Positions 44,958-54,680 of a DNA stretch of 64,000 nt are shown piece after piece. The stretch is from Burkholderiales bacterium. Its GTDB lineage: Bacteria > Pseudomonadota > Gammaproteobacteria > Burkholderiales > SG8-39. A program made the position numbers and the translations under genes. Position 1 is the stretch's first letter, and each line of letters begins with the position of its first letter. The notes below the pieces were generated by a model. It was given only the letters and a program-made list of their open reading frames with translations, searched no databases and was not told the DNA's origin. The DNA lies in contig DASRIR010000337.1 in NCBI GenBank assembly GCA_035649875.1, positions 16,219 through 80,218 of the forward strand, written 5' to 3'.

Positions 44958-45521
44958 TTACTGCTTCGGTGGACTAACCTGGATCCTTTGCGCGACGCGA
45001 TTCGTGTCGTGCGTAAGGCTCACCGGCGCGCCGCGCACGAGCTGCGCGCGGTCGCCGGGAACCAGCGTCGAGACGGAAGCGTTTTCGGGCACCACGATCT
45101 TCTGCGCGCCGCCTTCGTAAGTCATGGTGAGCTCGCGGCCGCTCGTCGATTGCACGACCGCGCCGACGCTCGCGTTGGTCATGGTCTGGTCGTCGCGCCC
45201 GTCGAACGGACGGTGGCCGGGATTGAGCGGCTTCGGGAAGCGCCGCACTTCGTAGGCGACGAGCTTGCCATCGGGATGTTTCACCGAGGTGACGCCGAGG
45301 AAGTCGCCCGGCTTGATGTCGGCGAGCTTGATCGGCTGGGTGAAGACAATCTCGGTCTTGTCGCCGAGGGTGACCTTCTCGGCTCCGTTGACGGTCAGGG
45401 TGTTGCCTTCGAGCGCGGTGATCGTGCCGCGCACGCGGGTTTGGGCCTCAGCATCGGAAAAACCGATGGCGAGGCCCAGGATCAGGAGAAGAAGGGTGCT
45501 AGTGCGGCGGCTTGACGCCAT
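44958..45521 (-). CDS. Secreted hypothetical protein, tandem paralog A
   Basis: Signal peptide followed by TRVRGTITALEGNTLTV. Homologous along its full length to 45499-46071. Confidence 0.65.
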   Translation of the reverse strand: MASSRRTSTLLLLILGLAIGFSDAEAQTRVRGTITALEGNTLTVNGAEKVTLGDKTEIVFTQPIKLADIKPGDFLGVTSVKHPDGKLVAYEVRRFPKPLNPGHRPFDGRDDQTMTNASVGAVVQSTSGRELTMTYEGGAQKIVVPENASVSTLVPGDRAQLVRGAPVSLTHDTNRVAQRIQVSPPKQ

Positions 45522-46071
45522 CTTTGCTCACGTTGAGGCGCTCGACGACGATCTTGTCGCCTTCCTGGCGCGCGTTGGTCCAGATGTATTCACCCTTCTT
45601 GAGATCCGCGCGCGAGCCGGGGTCGAAGGCGACGATCGGGGTGCCGGCCGGGACCAGGACCTTCTGCGAGCCGCCCTGGTAGTTCAGCGTGATCTCGTTG
45701 CCGCCGCTCGCCTGCGCGATGCCGTCGAGGTTGGCGTTGGTCATGGTCGAGTCGGGCGCGAGGTCCCACGGGAAGTGGCCGGGCTTGGCCTGCGGCGGGA
45801 TGGCGTGCACCTCGAGCGCGGTCATCTTGCCGCCCTTCTGGACCGCGGTGACGCCCACGTACTTGCCCTTGAGGTCGTCCAGTGTGGTTTTCTTGGCCGT
45901 TGTCACGGCGACGTTGGAGGCCAGGTGGAGCTTGAGATCCTTGCCCTCGCGCGACTTGACCGACAGAACGTCTCCGTCCAGCGAGGTGATCGTGCCGCGC
46001 ACCCGGGTTGGGGTCTGGGCGACGGCCAGGGAGGAAAAAACGATAAGGGTGAGTAATGCAAGGCGTTGCAT
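45499..46071 (-). CDS. Secreted hypothetical protein, tandem paralog B
   Basis: Signal peptide followed by TRVRGTITSLDGDVLSV. Shares PGH.P.D......MTNA and QK.(L/V)VP motifs with paralog A. Confidence 0.65.
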   Translation of the reverse strand: MQRLALLTLIVFSSLAVAQTPTRVRGTITSLDGDVLSVKSREGKDLKLHLASNVAVTTAKKTTLDDLKGKYVGVTAVQKGGKMTALEVHAIPPQAKPGHFPWDLAPDSTMTNANLDGIAQASGGNEITLNYQGGSQKVLVPAGTPIVAFDPGSRADLKKGEYIWTNARQEGDKIVVERLNVSKDGVKPPH

Positions 46072-46174
46072 GGAACCTCCTCCTATGCCGGGCTAACACC
46101 CCGGCCCTCCCGGCATTCCGGGTACCGGGGAAACTCTGAAAAAGCGACAAGTGGTCGCGGGGGCGACGACCTCC

Positions 46175-47134
46175 CTAGTCGATCTTTGCGCCGGAGCGCC
46201 GGACCACCTCGGCCCACTTGGCCGAGTCGCGCCGGATGAGCGCGGCAAACTCCTCGGGCGTGCCGCCGCCGCCCTCGCTGCCGAGCTGCGCCAGGCGCTC
46301 CCTGGTGTCCGGCTGCTGGATGGCGCGGTTGACCGCCGCGCTGAGCTTGTCGAGCACGGGGCGCGGCACGCCGGCGGTGGTGATGATCCCGCTCCAGGCG
46401 TTCACTTCGTAGCCGGGCACGCCGGCCTCGATCAGTGTCGGCACCTCGGGCAGGCTGGTCGAGCGCCGCTCGCCGGTGACCGCCAGCGCGCGCACGCGGC
46501 CGGCGCGCACGTGCGGCGCGATCGAGTTCGTGCTCTCGAACATGAGCTGCACGTTGCCCGCGATGAGATCGGCGATCGCCGGCGCGCCGCCCTTGTACGG
46601 GATGTGGACGATGTCGGTGCCGGTCATGTGCTTGAAGAGCTCGCCGCTCACGTGGCCCGGCGAGCCGTTGCTCGACGACGCATTCGAGAGCTTGCCGGGA
46701 TTTTTCTTGGCGTAGTCGATCAGGTCGCCGACCGTCTGGAACGGCGCCTTGGGCGAGACCGCGAGCAGCATGTAGCCCGTGGTGACCAGCGCGACCGGCT
46801 GGATGTCGCGCTCGATGTCGTAGGGCAGCTTCGCCACCATGTGGCGCGTGATGGCGAGCGCGCCGACCGGTCCCTGGCCGAGCGTGTAGCCGTCGGGCGC
46901 GGCCTTCGCCACCGCATCGATGCCGATGGTGAGCGCGCCGCCGGGACGGTTGTCGACGACGACGGCCTGGCCGAGCTCCTTCGCGAGCGCCGGCGCGACG
47001 ATGCGCGCGATGTTGTCGGTGGCGCTTCCGGCCGCCTGCGGCACGATCATGCGGAGCGGGCGATCGGGATACTGCGCGAAAGTCGCCTGTGCCAGAACGG
47101 CACAGGCGATTCCGCTGATGATCTTCTTGTTCAG
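46175..47134 (-). CDS. Bug-family substrate-binding protein; probable CTG start
   Basis: The first canonical start (ATG 47050, MIVPQ) lies inside the conserved mature N-terminus. In-frame upstream codons give NKKIISGIACAVLAQATFAQ-YPDRPLRMIVP. The CTG at 47134-47132 overlaps the upstream TGA (CTGA). Confidence 0.7.
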   Translation of the reverse strand: MNKKIISGIACAVLAQATFAQYPDRPLRMIVPQAAGSATDNIARIVAPALAKELGQAVVVDNRPGGALTIGIDAVAKAAPDGYTLGQGPVGALAITRHMVAKLPYDIERDIQPVALVTTGYMLLAVSPKAPFQTVGDLIDYAKKNPGKLSNASSSNGSPGHVSGELFKHMTGTDIVHIPYKGGAPAIADLIAGNVQLMFESTNSIAPHVRAGRVRALAVTGERRSTSLPEVPTLIEAGVPGYEVNAWSGIITTAGVPRPVLDKLSAAVNRAIQQPDTRERLAQLGSEGGGGTPEEFAALIRRDSAKWAEVVRRSGAKID

Positions 47135-47562
47135 CGTTGCAGCTGCCCGCGCACCTCGCCGCCCTTGTTGCGGTTGGTGTGCACGTTCACGTAGAGGTTG
47201 CCCGCTTTCAGGTCCTCGATTTGCTGGGCGGTGAGCTTGCGGCCGGCGGGCACGGTGTAGGTGTCGCCGTTCTTGTCGAGCGGCACGATCACCGGGCCGT
47301 TGGCGCCTTTCGCGCCGCGGTGGATGTGCGCCATGGTGCCCTGCACGTCCTTGGTGGTGACGCTGCCGGTGATGGTGCCGTCGTCCGCGACGCGGAAGCT
47401 GCCCGAGCCGGAGCCCGGCACGCTGAGCGGAGGAACTTGCTCCGCGCCGGACAGGTTGACCTTGATCGCGCCGCTGCCCGGCATCCAGTCGGGCATCGAC
47501 GAGCAGCCTGCGAGAACCACTGCGGCCACCGCCAGAATCAGTTTCGCTATCACTTTATTCAT
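47131..47562 (-). CDS. CHRD-domain lipoprotein
   Basis: MNKVIAKLILAVAAVVLAGC lipobox. AHIHRG and YVNVHT...GGEVRGQL motifs. Confidence 0.75.
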   Translation of the reverse strand: MNKVIAKLILAVAAVVLAGCSSMPDWMPGSGAIKVNLSGAEQVPPLSVPGSGSGSFRVADDGTITGSVTTKDVQGTMAHIHRGAKGANGPVIVPLDKNGDTYTVPAGRKLTAQQIEDLKAGNLYVNVHTNRNKGGEVRGQLQR

Positions 47563-47610
47563 GGACTCCTCCTCGATAGAACGGAACATGCGGACGGCTA
47601 GAATAATCCC

Positions 47611-48804
47611 ATGCCACGGATCGCCGCTTCCACCGCGCTTTCGCGCTTACGGATTCTAGACTTCTCTCGCGTGCGCGCGGGGCCTACCTGCGTGCGCCAG
47701 TTCGCCGACTTCGGCGCCGACGTGATCAAGGTCGAGTCGCCGCCCGGCGTCGACCCGAACGAGGCCATGGGCGGGCCGCGCCACGGCCCGGACATGCAGA
47801 ACCTGCACCGCAACAAGCGCGCGATGACGCTCAACCTCAAGCTGCCGCAGGCGCGCGAAGTGCTCGAGCGGCTGGTGAAGACCGCCGACGTTGTCGTCGA
47901 AAACTACCGCCCGGACGTTAAGTACCGTCTGGGCATCGACTACGAATCGCTGAGCAAGATCAACCCGCGCGTGATCCTGGCGAGCATCTCGGGCTTCGGC
48001 CAGGACGGGCCGTACGTCAAGCGGCCCGGCTTCGACCAGATCGCGCAGGGCATGAGCGGGCTGATGTCGGTGACCGGCATCCCCGGCCAGGGCCCGGTGC
48101 GCACCGGGGCGGCGATCGCCGACCTGACCGCGGGCCTCTACGCCGCGATCGGGGTGCTGATCGCGCTCGTCGAACGCGAGACGTCCGGCAAGGGCCAATG
48201 GGTGCAGAGCTCGCTCCTGCAGGCGGGCATCTCGCTCCTCGACTTCCAGGCGGCAAGGTTCCTGATGGAGGGCGACGTGCCGCCGCAGGTGGGGAACGAT
48301 CACCCGACCAGCATGCCGACCTCGGCCTATCGCACGAAGGACGGCCACATCAACGTCGCGGCATCGGGCGAGGGCATGTGGGCCGGCCTGTGCAAGGCGA
48401 TCGGGCGCGAGGACCTGCTCGGTTCCCCCGACTTCAAAGGCGGGAAGAAGCGCGCCGAGAATCGCGCCAAGCTGAATTCGATCTTGAATGAAAGTCTTTC
48501 CAAAAAGACCGGCGCCGAGTGGATCGAGATCCTGAACAAGGCGGGCATTCCCTGCGGCCCCATCTACAAGGTCGACGAGGTATTCGCCGACCCGCAGGTC
48601 AAGCACCTCGGCGTGGCTACGCCGGTCGAGCACGCGCAGCTCGGCCGCAAGGAGATCCTGGCGAACGCGGCGACGCTGTCGCGCACGCCGGCTAAGGTGG
48701 TCGCGCCCACACCGGAAATCGGGGAGCACACCGACGAGATCCTGAAGGAGCTCAATTACAACGCGACGCAGATCGCGCAACTACGACAAGGAGGAGTGGT
48801 TTGA
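47611..48804 (+). CDS. Class III (CaiB/BaiF) CoA-transferase
   Basis: LRILDFSRV.AGP and the active-site Asp region IADLTAG. Confidence 0.85.
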   Translation: MPRIAASTALSRLRILDFSRVRAGPTCVRQFADFGADVIKVESPPGVDPNEAMGGPRHGPDMQNLHRNKRAMTLNLKLPQAREVLERLVKTADVVVENYRPDVKYRLGIDYESLSKINPRVILASISGFGQDGPYVKRPGFDQIAQGMSGLMSVTGIPGQGPVRTGAAIADLTAGLYAAIGVLIALVERETSGKGQWVQSSLLQAGISLLDFQAARFLMEGDVPPQVGNDHPTSMPTSAYRTKDGHINVAASGEGMWAGLCKAIGREDLLGSPDFKGGKKRAENRAKLNSILNESLSKKTGAEWIEILNKAGIPCGPIYKVDEVFADPQVKHLGVATPVEHAQLGRKEILANAATLSRTPAKVVAPTPEIGEHTDEILKELNYNATQIAQLRQGGVV

Positions 48805-49757
48805 TGAAGCTGAAAATCCTGGCCGCTGGACTGGCGCTCGTCGCCTCCACGGCATTCGCTCAATATCCCAACAAGCCGGTGACCATCGTGGTGGGCTTCG
48901 AGCCCGGCGGCGGCACCGACACCACCGCGCGCATCGTGCAGCCGGTGCTCGGCGAGCAGCTCGGCCAGCAGATCGTGGTCGAGAACCGCGCCGGCGCGGG
49001 CGGCAACATCGCCGTCGACCACGTGGCCAAGGCCGCGCCCGACGGCTACACCATCGTGCTCGCGAACGTCGGCGCGCTCGCCGTGAACCCGCACATCCTC
49101 AAGACGCCCTACGACCCGCTGAAGGACCTGCTGCCGATCAGCCTGGCGGCGGAGTTCGCCAACGTCCTGGTGGTGCAGCCCAACCTCGGCATCAGCACGG
49201 TGGCGGACTTCGTCAAGGCGGCGAAGGAGAAGCCGGGCACCATCACCTACGCCTCGTCCGGCATCGGCGGCGCGGGCCATCTGGCGGGCGAGCTTCTCCG
49301 CGGCATGGCGAAGATCGACATCGTGCATGTGCCGTACAAGGGCGGCGGCCCGGCGATGCAGGGCTTCCTCGGCGGGCAGGTGGCGTCGTTCTTCGCCACG
49401 CCGGTCTCCTCGATCTCGCAGATCCGCGCCGGCAAGGCAAAGGCGGTGGCGACCACGGGCTCCAAGCGCGCCGCGCTCATGCCCGACGTGCCGACCGTGG
49501 CGGAGGCGGGCTACGCGGGCTACGAAGCGCTCAACTGGTACGGCTTCCTCGCGCCGCGCGGCACGCCGAAGGACATCATCGACCGCCTGAACCGCGAGAT
49601 CGTGAAGGCGCTCGCGCACCAGCAGGTCGTCGCGGCGCTCCACAAGACCGGCACCGAGCCCAAGTCGAGCACTCCGGAAGAATTCGCCGCCTACATCAAG
49701 CGCGAGTACGACACCTGGGGCAAGGTCGTCAAAGAGGCGGGTATTAAGGCCCAGTAA
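48801..49757 (+). CDS. Bug-family substrate-binding protein
   Basis: QYPNKPVTIVVGFEPGGGTDT after a signal peptide. ATGA overlap. Confidence 0.9.
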   Translation: MMKLKILAAGLALVASTAFAQYPNKPVTIVVGFEPGGGTDTTARIVQPVLGEQLGQQIVVENRAGAGGNIAVDHVAKAAPDGYTIVLANVGALAVNPHILKTPYDPLKDLLPISLAAEFANVLVVQPNLGISTVADFVKAAKEKPGTITYASSGIGGAGHLAGELLRGMAKIDIVHVPYKGGGPAMQGFLGGQVASFFATPVSSISQIRAGKAKAVATTGSKRAALMPDVPTVAEAGYAGYEALNWYGFLAPRGTPKDIIDRLNREIVKALAHQQVVAALHKTGTEPKSSTPEEFAAYIKREYDTWGKVVKEAGIKAQ

Positions 49758-49783
49758 CGAATTCGGGGCCAGGGCCGGGACTC

Positions 49784-50764
49784 GTGCGCAAACGCGCTTT
49801 CCTCAAGGCGCTCGGCGCGGCGGCGGCCCTGCCGCTCGCCGCGCGCGCGCAGGGTAGAAAGCGCGTGGGTGTGCTGATCCCGCTCGCGGACGATGCGGTC
49901 GGGCGGCGCGAGATGGACGGCTTCCGCGAAGAGCTGCGGCGGCTCGGGTGGGTCATCGGCCAAAGCTTGACGATGGATTACCGGTCCGCAGCTGGCGATT
50001 TCACGCGCATCAAGCCTCTCGCCCGGGAACTGGTCGCGCTCAAGCCCGACGTCATCATGTGCCGCACCACTCCAGCGAGCACAGCGCTGCTCAACGAGAC
50101 GCGATCCATCCCGATCGTCTTTGTCGCTGTGTCCGATCCGGTCGGAGACAAGCTGGTCGCCAGCTTGGCGCGGCCCGGCGGCAACATCACGGGGTTTACC
50201 AACGTCGAAGCTTCGCTTGGCGGAAAACTTCTCGAGCTGCTCAGGGAAGTTGCGCCGCGCATGGCACACGTCGGCGTCATCTTCAACCCCAAAACCGCCC
50301 CGGGAGGCGGCATGTACCACTTGCCGCCGCTCCAGCAGGCGGGTGCGTCGGTCGGCGTGGCGGTCGCTCCGATGCCGGTTCACGACCCGGAGGAGACGGA
50401 GCGGGCGATCGCTGCAGTTGCGCGGCAGCGCGACGCCGGGCTGATCGTCATTCCGGACGCGTCGAGCGTCGCCAACCGAAATCTCATAATCAGCACCGTA
50501 GCGCGGCATCGCATGCCGGCGATCTATCCGATACCGGCGTTCACACTGGACGGCGGCCTGATGTCATACGGAGTCGACATCGCGGATCTCTACCAGCGCA
50601 GCGCTGGCTATGTCGACCGCATCCTGCGAGGCGCAAAAGCGAGCGACCTGCCGGTTCAGGCGCCGACGAAGTTCGAGCTGACCATCAACGCGAAAACGGC
50701 GAACGCGCTTGGCATTGCAGTCCCCCGGTCATTGCTGTTGCGCGCGGACCACGTGATCGAATAG
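49784..50764 (+). CDS. Orphan ABC substrate-binding protein (COG2984-type)
   Basis: Paralog of 43360-44334 with a Tat/Sec-like leader. Confidence 0.7.
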   Translation: MRKRAFLKALGAAAALPLAARAQGRKRVGVLIPLADDAVGRREMDGFREELRRLGWVIGQSLTMDYRSAAGDFTRIKPLARELVALKPDVIMCRTTPASTALLNETRSIPIVFVAVSDPVGDKLVASLARPGGNITGFTNVEASLGGKLLELLREVAPRMAHVGVIFNPKTAPGGGMYHLPPLQQAGASVGVAVAPMPVHDPEETERAIAAVARQRDAGLIVIPDASSVANRNLIISTVARHRMPAIYPIPAFTLDGGLMSYGVDIADLYQRSAGYVDRILRGAKASDLPVQAPTKFELTINAKTANALGIAVPRSLLLRADHVIE

Positions 50765-51697
50765 TCAGATCCTGACCACGAGTTTGCCGACGTGCGCGTC
50801 GGCTTCCATCCGCTCCTTGGCGGCGGGCAGGTCCTTGAAGTCGTAGACGCGGTCGATGAGCGGCTTGAGCTTGCCGCTCGCAAAGAGCGGCAACCAGTCG
50901 CGCTTGAAGCCTTCGACGGTAACGCTGCGCTGCGCGGCGTTGCGCATCTTGTTGGAGACGCCGAAAAGCGTCAGGCGCTTGGAATGCAGCGCTTCGATGT
51001 CCATCTCGCCCTTCATCACGCCGTCGACGTAACCGACGGTGGCGAGCCGTCCCTCGTAGCCGAGCGATTTCACGCACTCGGCGAACACCGAGCCGCCGAC
51101 GTTGTTGACAACCAGATTCACGCCCTTGCCGCCGGTCGCCTTCAGCACCGCGTCATGAAAATCGGGCGTACGCGTGGCGATTCCCACGTCGAGGTTGAGA
51201 TTCTTGAGTTTCTCGAGCTTGTCGCGAGAGCCCGAGGTGCCGATGACCATTGCGCCGATGGCCTTGGCGGCGAGCAAAGCGGCGACGCCGACGCCGGCGG
51301 AGATCCCCGTGACCAGGAGCCACTCGTCCTTCCGCAGACGACCCTGCTGCACCAGCATGTCGTACACCACGAGAAAGGTGAGCGGGGTCGCGGCGGCTTC
51401 CTCCCACGAGAGGTTCGCCGGGACCGGGATCGCGTCCTCGGCGTCCATCAGCGCGTACTCGGCAAAGCTGCCCGGAAGTCTTCCCATGACTCTTTCTCCG
51501 GAAGGCAGTTCACCCGCGCCTTCGGTGCCGCCGACCTTCGCGGGCCCGGGCTTGGTGAGCCCGTGGCGCAGCAGCTCGCCCCGGTTCAGTCCCGCGGCGC
51601 GCACGCGCACCAGGTGCTGGCCGGGCTTGGGCTGCGGCACCGGCGCATCGCCCAGCTCGAGCTGCATTTCGGGGGACTTGAGGAAATAGGCACGCAT
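50765..51697 (-). CDS. Zn-independent medium-chain dehydrogenase / quinone oxidoreductase
   Basis: Start MRAYFLKSPE. GISAGVGVAALLAAKAIGA nucleotide-binding motif. Confidence 0.8.
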   Translation of the reverse strand: MRAYFLKSPEMQLELGDAPVPQPKPGQHLVRVRAAGLNRGELLRHGLTKPGPAKVGGTEGAGELPSGERVMGRLPGSFAEYALMDAEDAIPVPANLSWEEAAATPLTFLVVYDMLVQQGRLRKDEWLLVTGISAGVGVAALLAAKAIGAMVIGTSGSRDKLEKLKNLNLDVGIATRTPDFHDAVLKATGGKGVNLVVNNVGGSVFAECVKSLGYEGRLATVGYVDGVMKGEMDIEALHSKRLTLFGVSNKMRNAAQRSVTVEGFKRDWLPLFASGKLKPLIDRVYDFKDLPAAKERMEADAHVGKLVVRI

Positions 51698-51787
51698 GGC
51701 GCCCGAGTGTAGCAATTCGTCGACGGGAGTTTCCGGCGCGAGCGACAGCCAGGGCAGGGCGCCTTTGGCTAGAGTCGATCGAAAGGA

Positions 51788-52159
51788 GTGAACGCCATGA
51801 TCATCCTGCAGCGGCTGGGCAAATGGTTCGTGGACTTCTGGATCGTTCTCGCTTTTGGCGTCGCGGCGACCTTGCTCCTGCCGCAAGCGCAGGCGGCGAT
51901 GATCGGTACCGAGACCGTGCAGGCGCAGGACGAGCGCGCGCGCGTCAAGGCGATTCTCGAGCGCCCCGAGCTCGCCAAGGGCTTGCAGAAGATGGGGATC
52001 GCGCCGGGCGACGCTTTAGGCCGCGTGGACGCGATGTCGGATGCGGAGGTGCTTCAGCTCGCCGGCCGGCTCGACGCGGCGATCGCGGGCGGGCAGCTGA
52101 CCAACGAGCAGCTGCTGCTCATCATCATCATCATCCTGCTGATCATCATCATTATCTAG
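51788..52159 (+). CDS. PA2779-family small membrane-anchored protein
   Basis: Signal-like N-terminus, AAMIGTE, ERPELAKGLQKMGI, SDAEVLQLAGRLD..AGG and a C-terminal poly-Ile/Leu anchor. Confidence 0.65.
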   Translation: MNAMIILQRLGKWFVDFWIVLAFGVAATLLLPQAQAAMIGTETVQAQDERARVKAILERPELAKGLQKMGIAPGDALGRVDAMSDAEVLQLAGRLDAAIAGGQLTNEQLLLIIIIILLIIIII

Positions 52160-52168
52160 GTCGAATTC

Positions 52169-53539
52169 CTAGGCCGTAAGCTCGACCTGCTCGCCGCGGT
52201 CGTTGACCGTGTGCAGGCGGACCTGGCGCCGCCACGCGCGCCGGGTGTACTCGAGGACCTTCCTCGCGCGCGCCGCGTCCAGGCCGCGCCCGTCGCTGCC
52301 GTGCTCGTGCGCGAGGATCAGCCCGCCGTCGCCCTTGATCTCGACCGCGGCGACGCGCGGCGCGCCGAAGTTGAACTTGGGCGCGAGGATCGCCTCGCGC
52401 ACGCCCTCGAGGTCGCGGCTGGCGACGCGGATCTCGTCGTCCTGGCGCGCCTCGAACACGAAGAGGTCGAGCTTCTCGGCGAGGTCGCGGTCGAGCCAGT
52501 TGCGGATGAAGCCGAAGTCGTCCTCGTCGCGCATCACCTCGCGCGCCCGCGCCATGCCGTGCTTGTCGACGATGTGCTCCCAGAGCGTGAAGCCGAGGTG
52601 GTAGGGATTGATCGCGAGCGCGGTCTGCTCGCCCGAGGCGAACGGCCGCACCACGTCGGAATGCGCCTTGATCGCGGCGAGGTAGGTGGGCTGCGGCAGG
52701 AAGTCGGCTTCGCGCAGCAGGCGCGCGTGCCAGTACGAGGCCCAGCCCTCGTTCATGATCTGGCAGGCGAACACCGGGTAGAAGTAGAGCGACTCGGCGC
52801 GCACCGCGAGGAAGATGTCGCGCTCCCACTGCTCGAGCTCGGGCGCGTAGTTGGCGATGAACCAGAGCAGGTCGTACTCGGGATGCGGCGGCACGCGCGT
52901 GCGCTGCGGGCCGAGGTTCAGGCCGAGCGGCACCGCCTCGGGCTCCGAGGCGCCGGGCAGCTCCTGGAACCTCTTCTGGAAGCCGTTCGCCTCGACCTTG
53001 CGCTTTTCGGCGATGAACTCCGGGTAGCGCGCGCGGTGCAGCTCGCCGCCCACGTCGACGTGCGACTCGAGCGCGAGCGCGGCGTCGAGCACCGCCTCGA
53101 CCTTCTCCAGCCCAGCCGCGTCGATCGCCTGCTGGATGCGATGCGCGTGCGCGGCGGCCTTCTCCACGATGTTGCCGCCCGCCATCTCGTGGAAGCGCGA
53201 GAACAGCGAGTTGTTCTTCGAGAAGTCGGCGTGGCCGAGCACGTGGGCGGTGACCAGCGTGTTCTCGGCGAGGGAGTTGCCGTCCATCAGGAAGGCGCGG
53301 CACGGGTCGCCGGGGAACATGACCTCGAAGATCTTCGAATGCCCCATGCTCTGGCGCACGAGCTGGTGGATGTAGCGCACGCCGAACGACCAGTGCGGCA
53401 TGCGCACCGGCAGGCCGTAGACCGCAATCTCGGTCATGAGGCTTTGCGGCGCGACCTCGAAGTCGACCGGGTAGTAGTCGAGGCCGAGCCGGTGCGCGAG
53501 CGCCTCGATGCGCCCGGCGTATTCCTCCAGCTCAGTCAC
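52169..53539 (-). CDS. SpoVR/YcgB family protein
   Basis: LDYYPVDFE, MPHWSFG and NEGWASYWH motifs. Confidence 0.9.
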   Translation of the reverse strand: MTELEEYAGRIEALAHRLGLDYYPVDFEVAPQSLMTEIAVYGLPVRMPHWSFGVRYIHQLVRQSMGHSKIFEVMFPGDPCRAFLMDGNSLAENTLVTAHVLGHADFSKNNSLFSRFHEMAGGNIVEKAAAHAHRIQQAIDAAGLEKVEAVLDAALALESHVDVGGELHRARYPEFIAEKRKVEANGFQKRFQELPGASEPEAVPLGLNLGPQRTRVPPHPEYDLLWFIANYAPELEQWERDIFLAVRAESLYFYPVFACQIMNEGWASYWHARLLREADFLPQPTYLAAIKAHSDVVRPFASGEQTALAINPYHLGFTLWEHIVDKHGMARAREVMRDEDDFGFIRNWLDRDLAEKLDLFVFEARQDDEIRVASRDLEGVREAILAPKFNFGAPRVAAVEIKGDGGLILAHEHGSDGRGLDAARARKVLEYTRRAWRRQVRLHTVNDRGEQVELTA

Positions 53540-54680
53540 GCGCTTCCTCCTTGAAGAACTCCCGGATCGCGCGCCACACGTCGTCCTGCGCGTTCAGGTG
53601 GCTCACGCCCACCGGATGGCCGCGGCCCTTGAGCTCGCCGAAGACCTCGGCGAGCTGGGTCTCGCGCGGCCGGAAGGTGGCGACGCCGCCGGTCTCGCAA
53701 TAGCCGGCGTAGTTCACGAGCGTGGCGAGCTCGCCGAGCAGGCTGCGCGCCTGGTCGCGGTCCTCCGCGGCGTTCTCGCCGTCCGAGGCGTAGAAGAAGT
53801 AGGAGTTGGTGCGGCTCGGGTCGAAGCGCTTCTGGACCATCTCCAGCGCGAGCTGCGCTACGCTGGAGGTGACCGTGCCGCCGCTCGACGACGCCTGGAA
53901 AAACTGGCTCTCGTCGAACTCCCACGCTTCAGCGGCGTGGGCGAGGAACACGGTTTCCACCTTCGTGTACTGGCGCCGGATGCCCTGCAGGGCGAAGAAG
54001 AAGAATTGCTTGGCAAGGCGGCGCTGCGCCTCGTCCATGCTGCCCGACACGTCGAGCGCGAAGATTACCGCGGCGTTGGTGGCGGGGGTTGCGCGCTTGG
54101 CGAGCTGCCGGAAGCGCAGGTCGTCGTTCGCAATCGCGACGGCGTTGGTCTGAAGAGACCTTCTCTTGACCGCCTCCTTCAGGGTCCGTCGGCGGTCGAG
54201 CCGGGAGCGCGCGCCGCGCTTGTCCCAGCCCTCGCGCACGTAGTCGGGCTCGTCCAGCGTCGCCGAGCGCTTGGGCTTGAGCTCGGGGAGCTTGAGCTCC
54301 TCCCAGAGCCAGTCGACGATCTCGTCGATTTTCAGCTCGAGCACGAACTTGATCTCGCCCGAGCCGGTGCCGCCGGCGCGGCCCTGCGAGTCGCCTTGCT
54401 CGCGTCCCGGCTGCAGGATGTCGCCGGGCTGGCCCTTGCCCTGGCCCGCGCCCTGCTGCGTGTCGGCGTCGAGCAGCCGAAAGCGCGCGTGCTCGAGGAA
54501 CTTGACCGGCACCACCACGGTGCGGTTGCCCGGGCGGCTGATGAGGTCGGCGCCGGCGAGCAGCTCGGGCAGGCTTTCCTTCACCGCCGAGCGCACTTTC
54601 TGGTTGTGCCGCAGCCAGTCCCTCGCGCCTCTCGAGAAGAGGTCGTACCAGGGCGTCTCGGCCGCTATGCGGATGGTCAC
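53532..54680 (-). CDS. YeaH/YhbH (DUF444) family protein
   Basis: GTG start overlapping the prkA stop (GTGA). vWA-like FALDVSGSM motif. Confidence 0.85.
   Translation of the reverse strand: MTIRIAAETPWYDLFSRGARDWLRHNQKVRSAVKESLPELLAGADLISRPGNRTVVVPVKFLEHARFRLLDADTQQGAGQGKGQPGDILQPGREQGDSQGRAGGTGSGEIKFVLELKIDEIVDWLWEELKLPELKPKRSATLDEPDYVREGWDKRGARSRLDRRRTLKEAVKRRSLQTNAVAIANDDLRFRQLAKRATPATNAAVIFALDVSGSMDEAQRRLAKQFFFFALQGIRRQYTKVETVFLAHAAEAWEFDESQFFQASSSGGTVTSSVAQLALEMVQKRFDPSRTNSYFFYASDGENAAEDRDQARSLLGELATLVNYAGYCETGGVATFRPRETQLAEVFGELKGRGHPVGVSHLNAQDDVWRAIREFFKEEARD

Noticed and set aside
49758-49783. CGAATTCGGGGCCAGGGCCGGG, resembling the left end of the 16656 palindrome
   Set aside because: Only about 11 nt match and there is no inverted partner. 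That is insufficient to call a repeat-family member.
52110-52156. Triplet repeats (CTG)3, (ATC)5, (CTG)2 and (ATC)3-ATT-ATC at the 3' end of the PA2779-like gene
   Set aside because: The repeats are in frame and encode the hydrophobic LLLIIIIILLIIIII tail anchor. That is adequately explained by coding constraint. Slippage-based length variation is possible but speculative.
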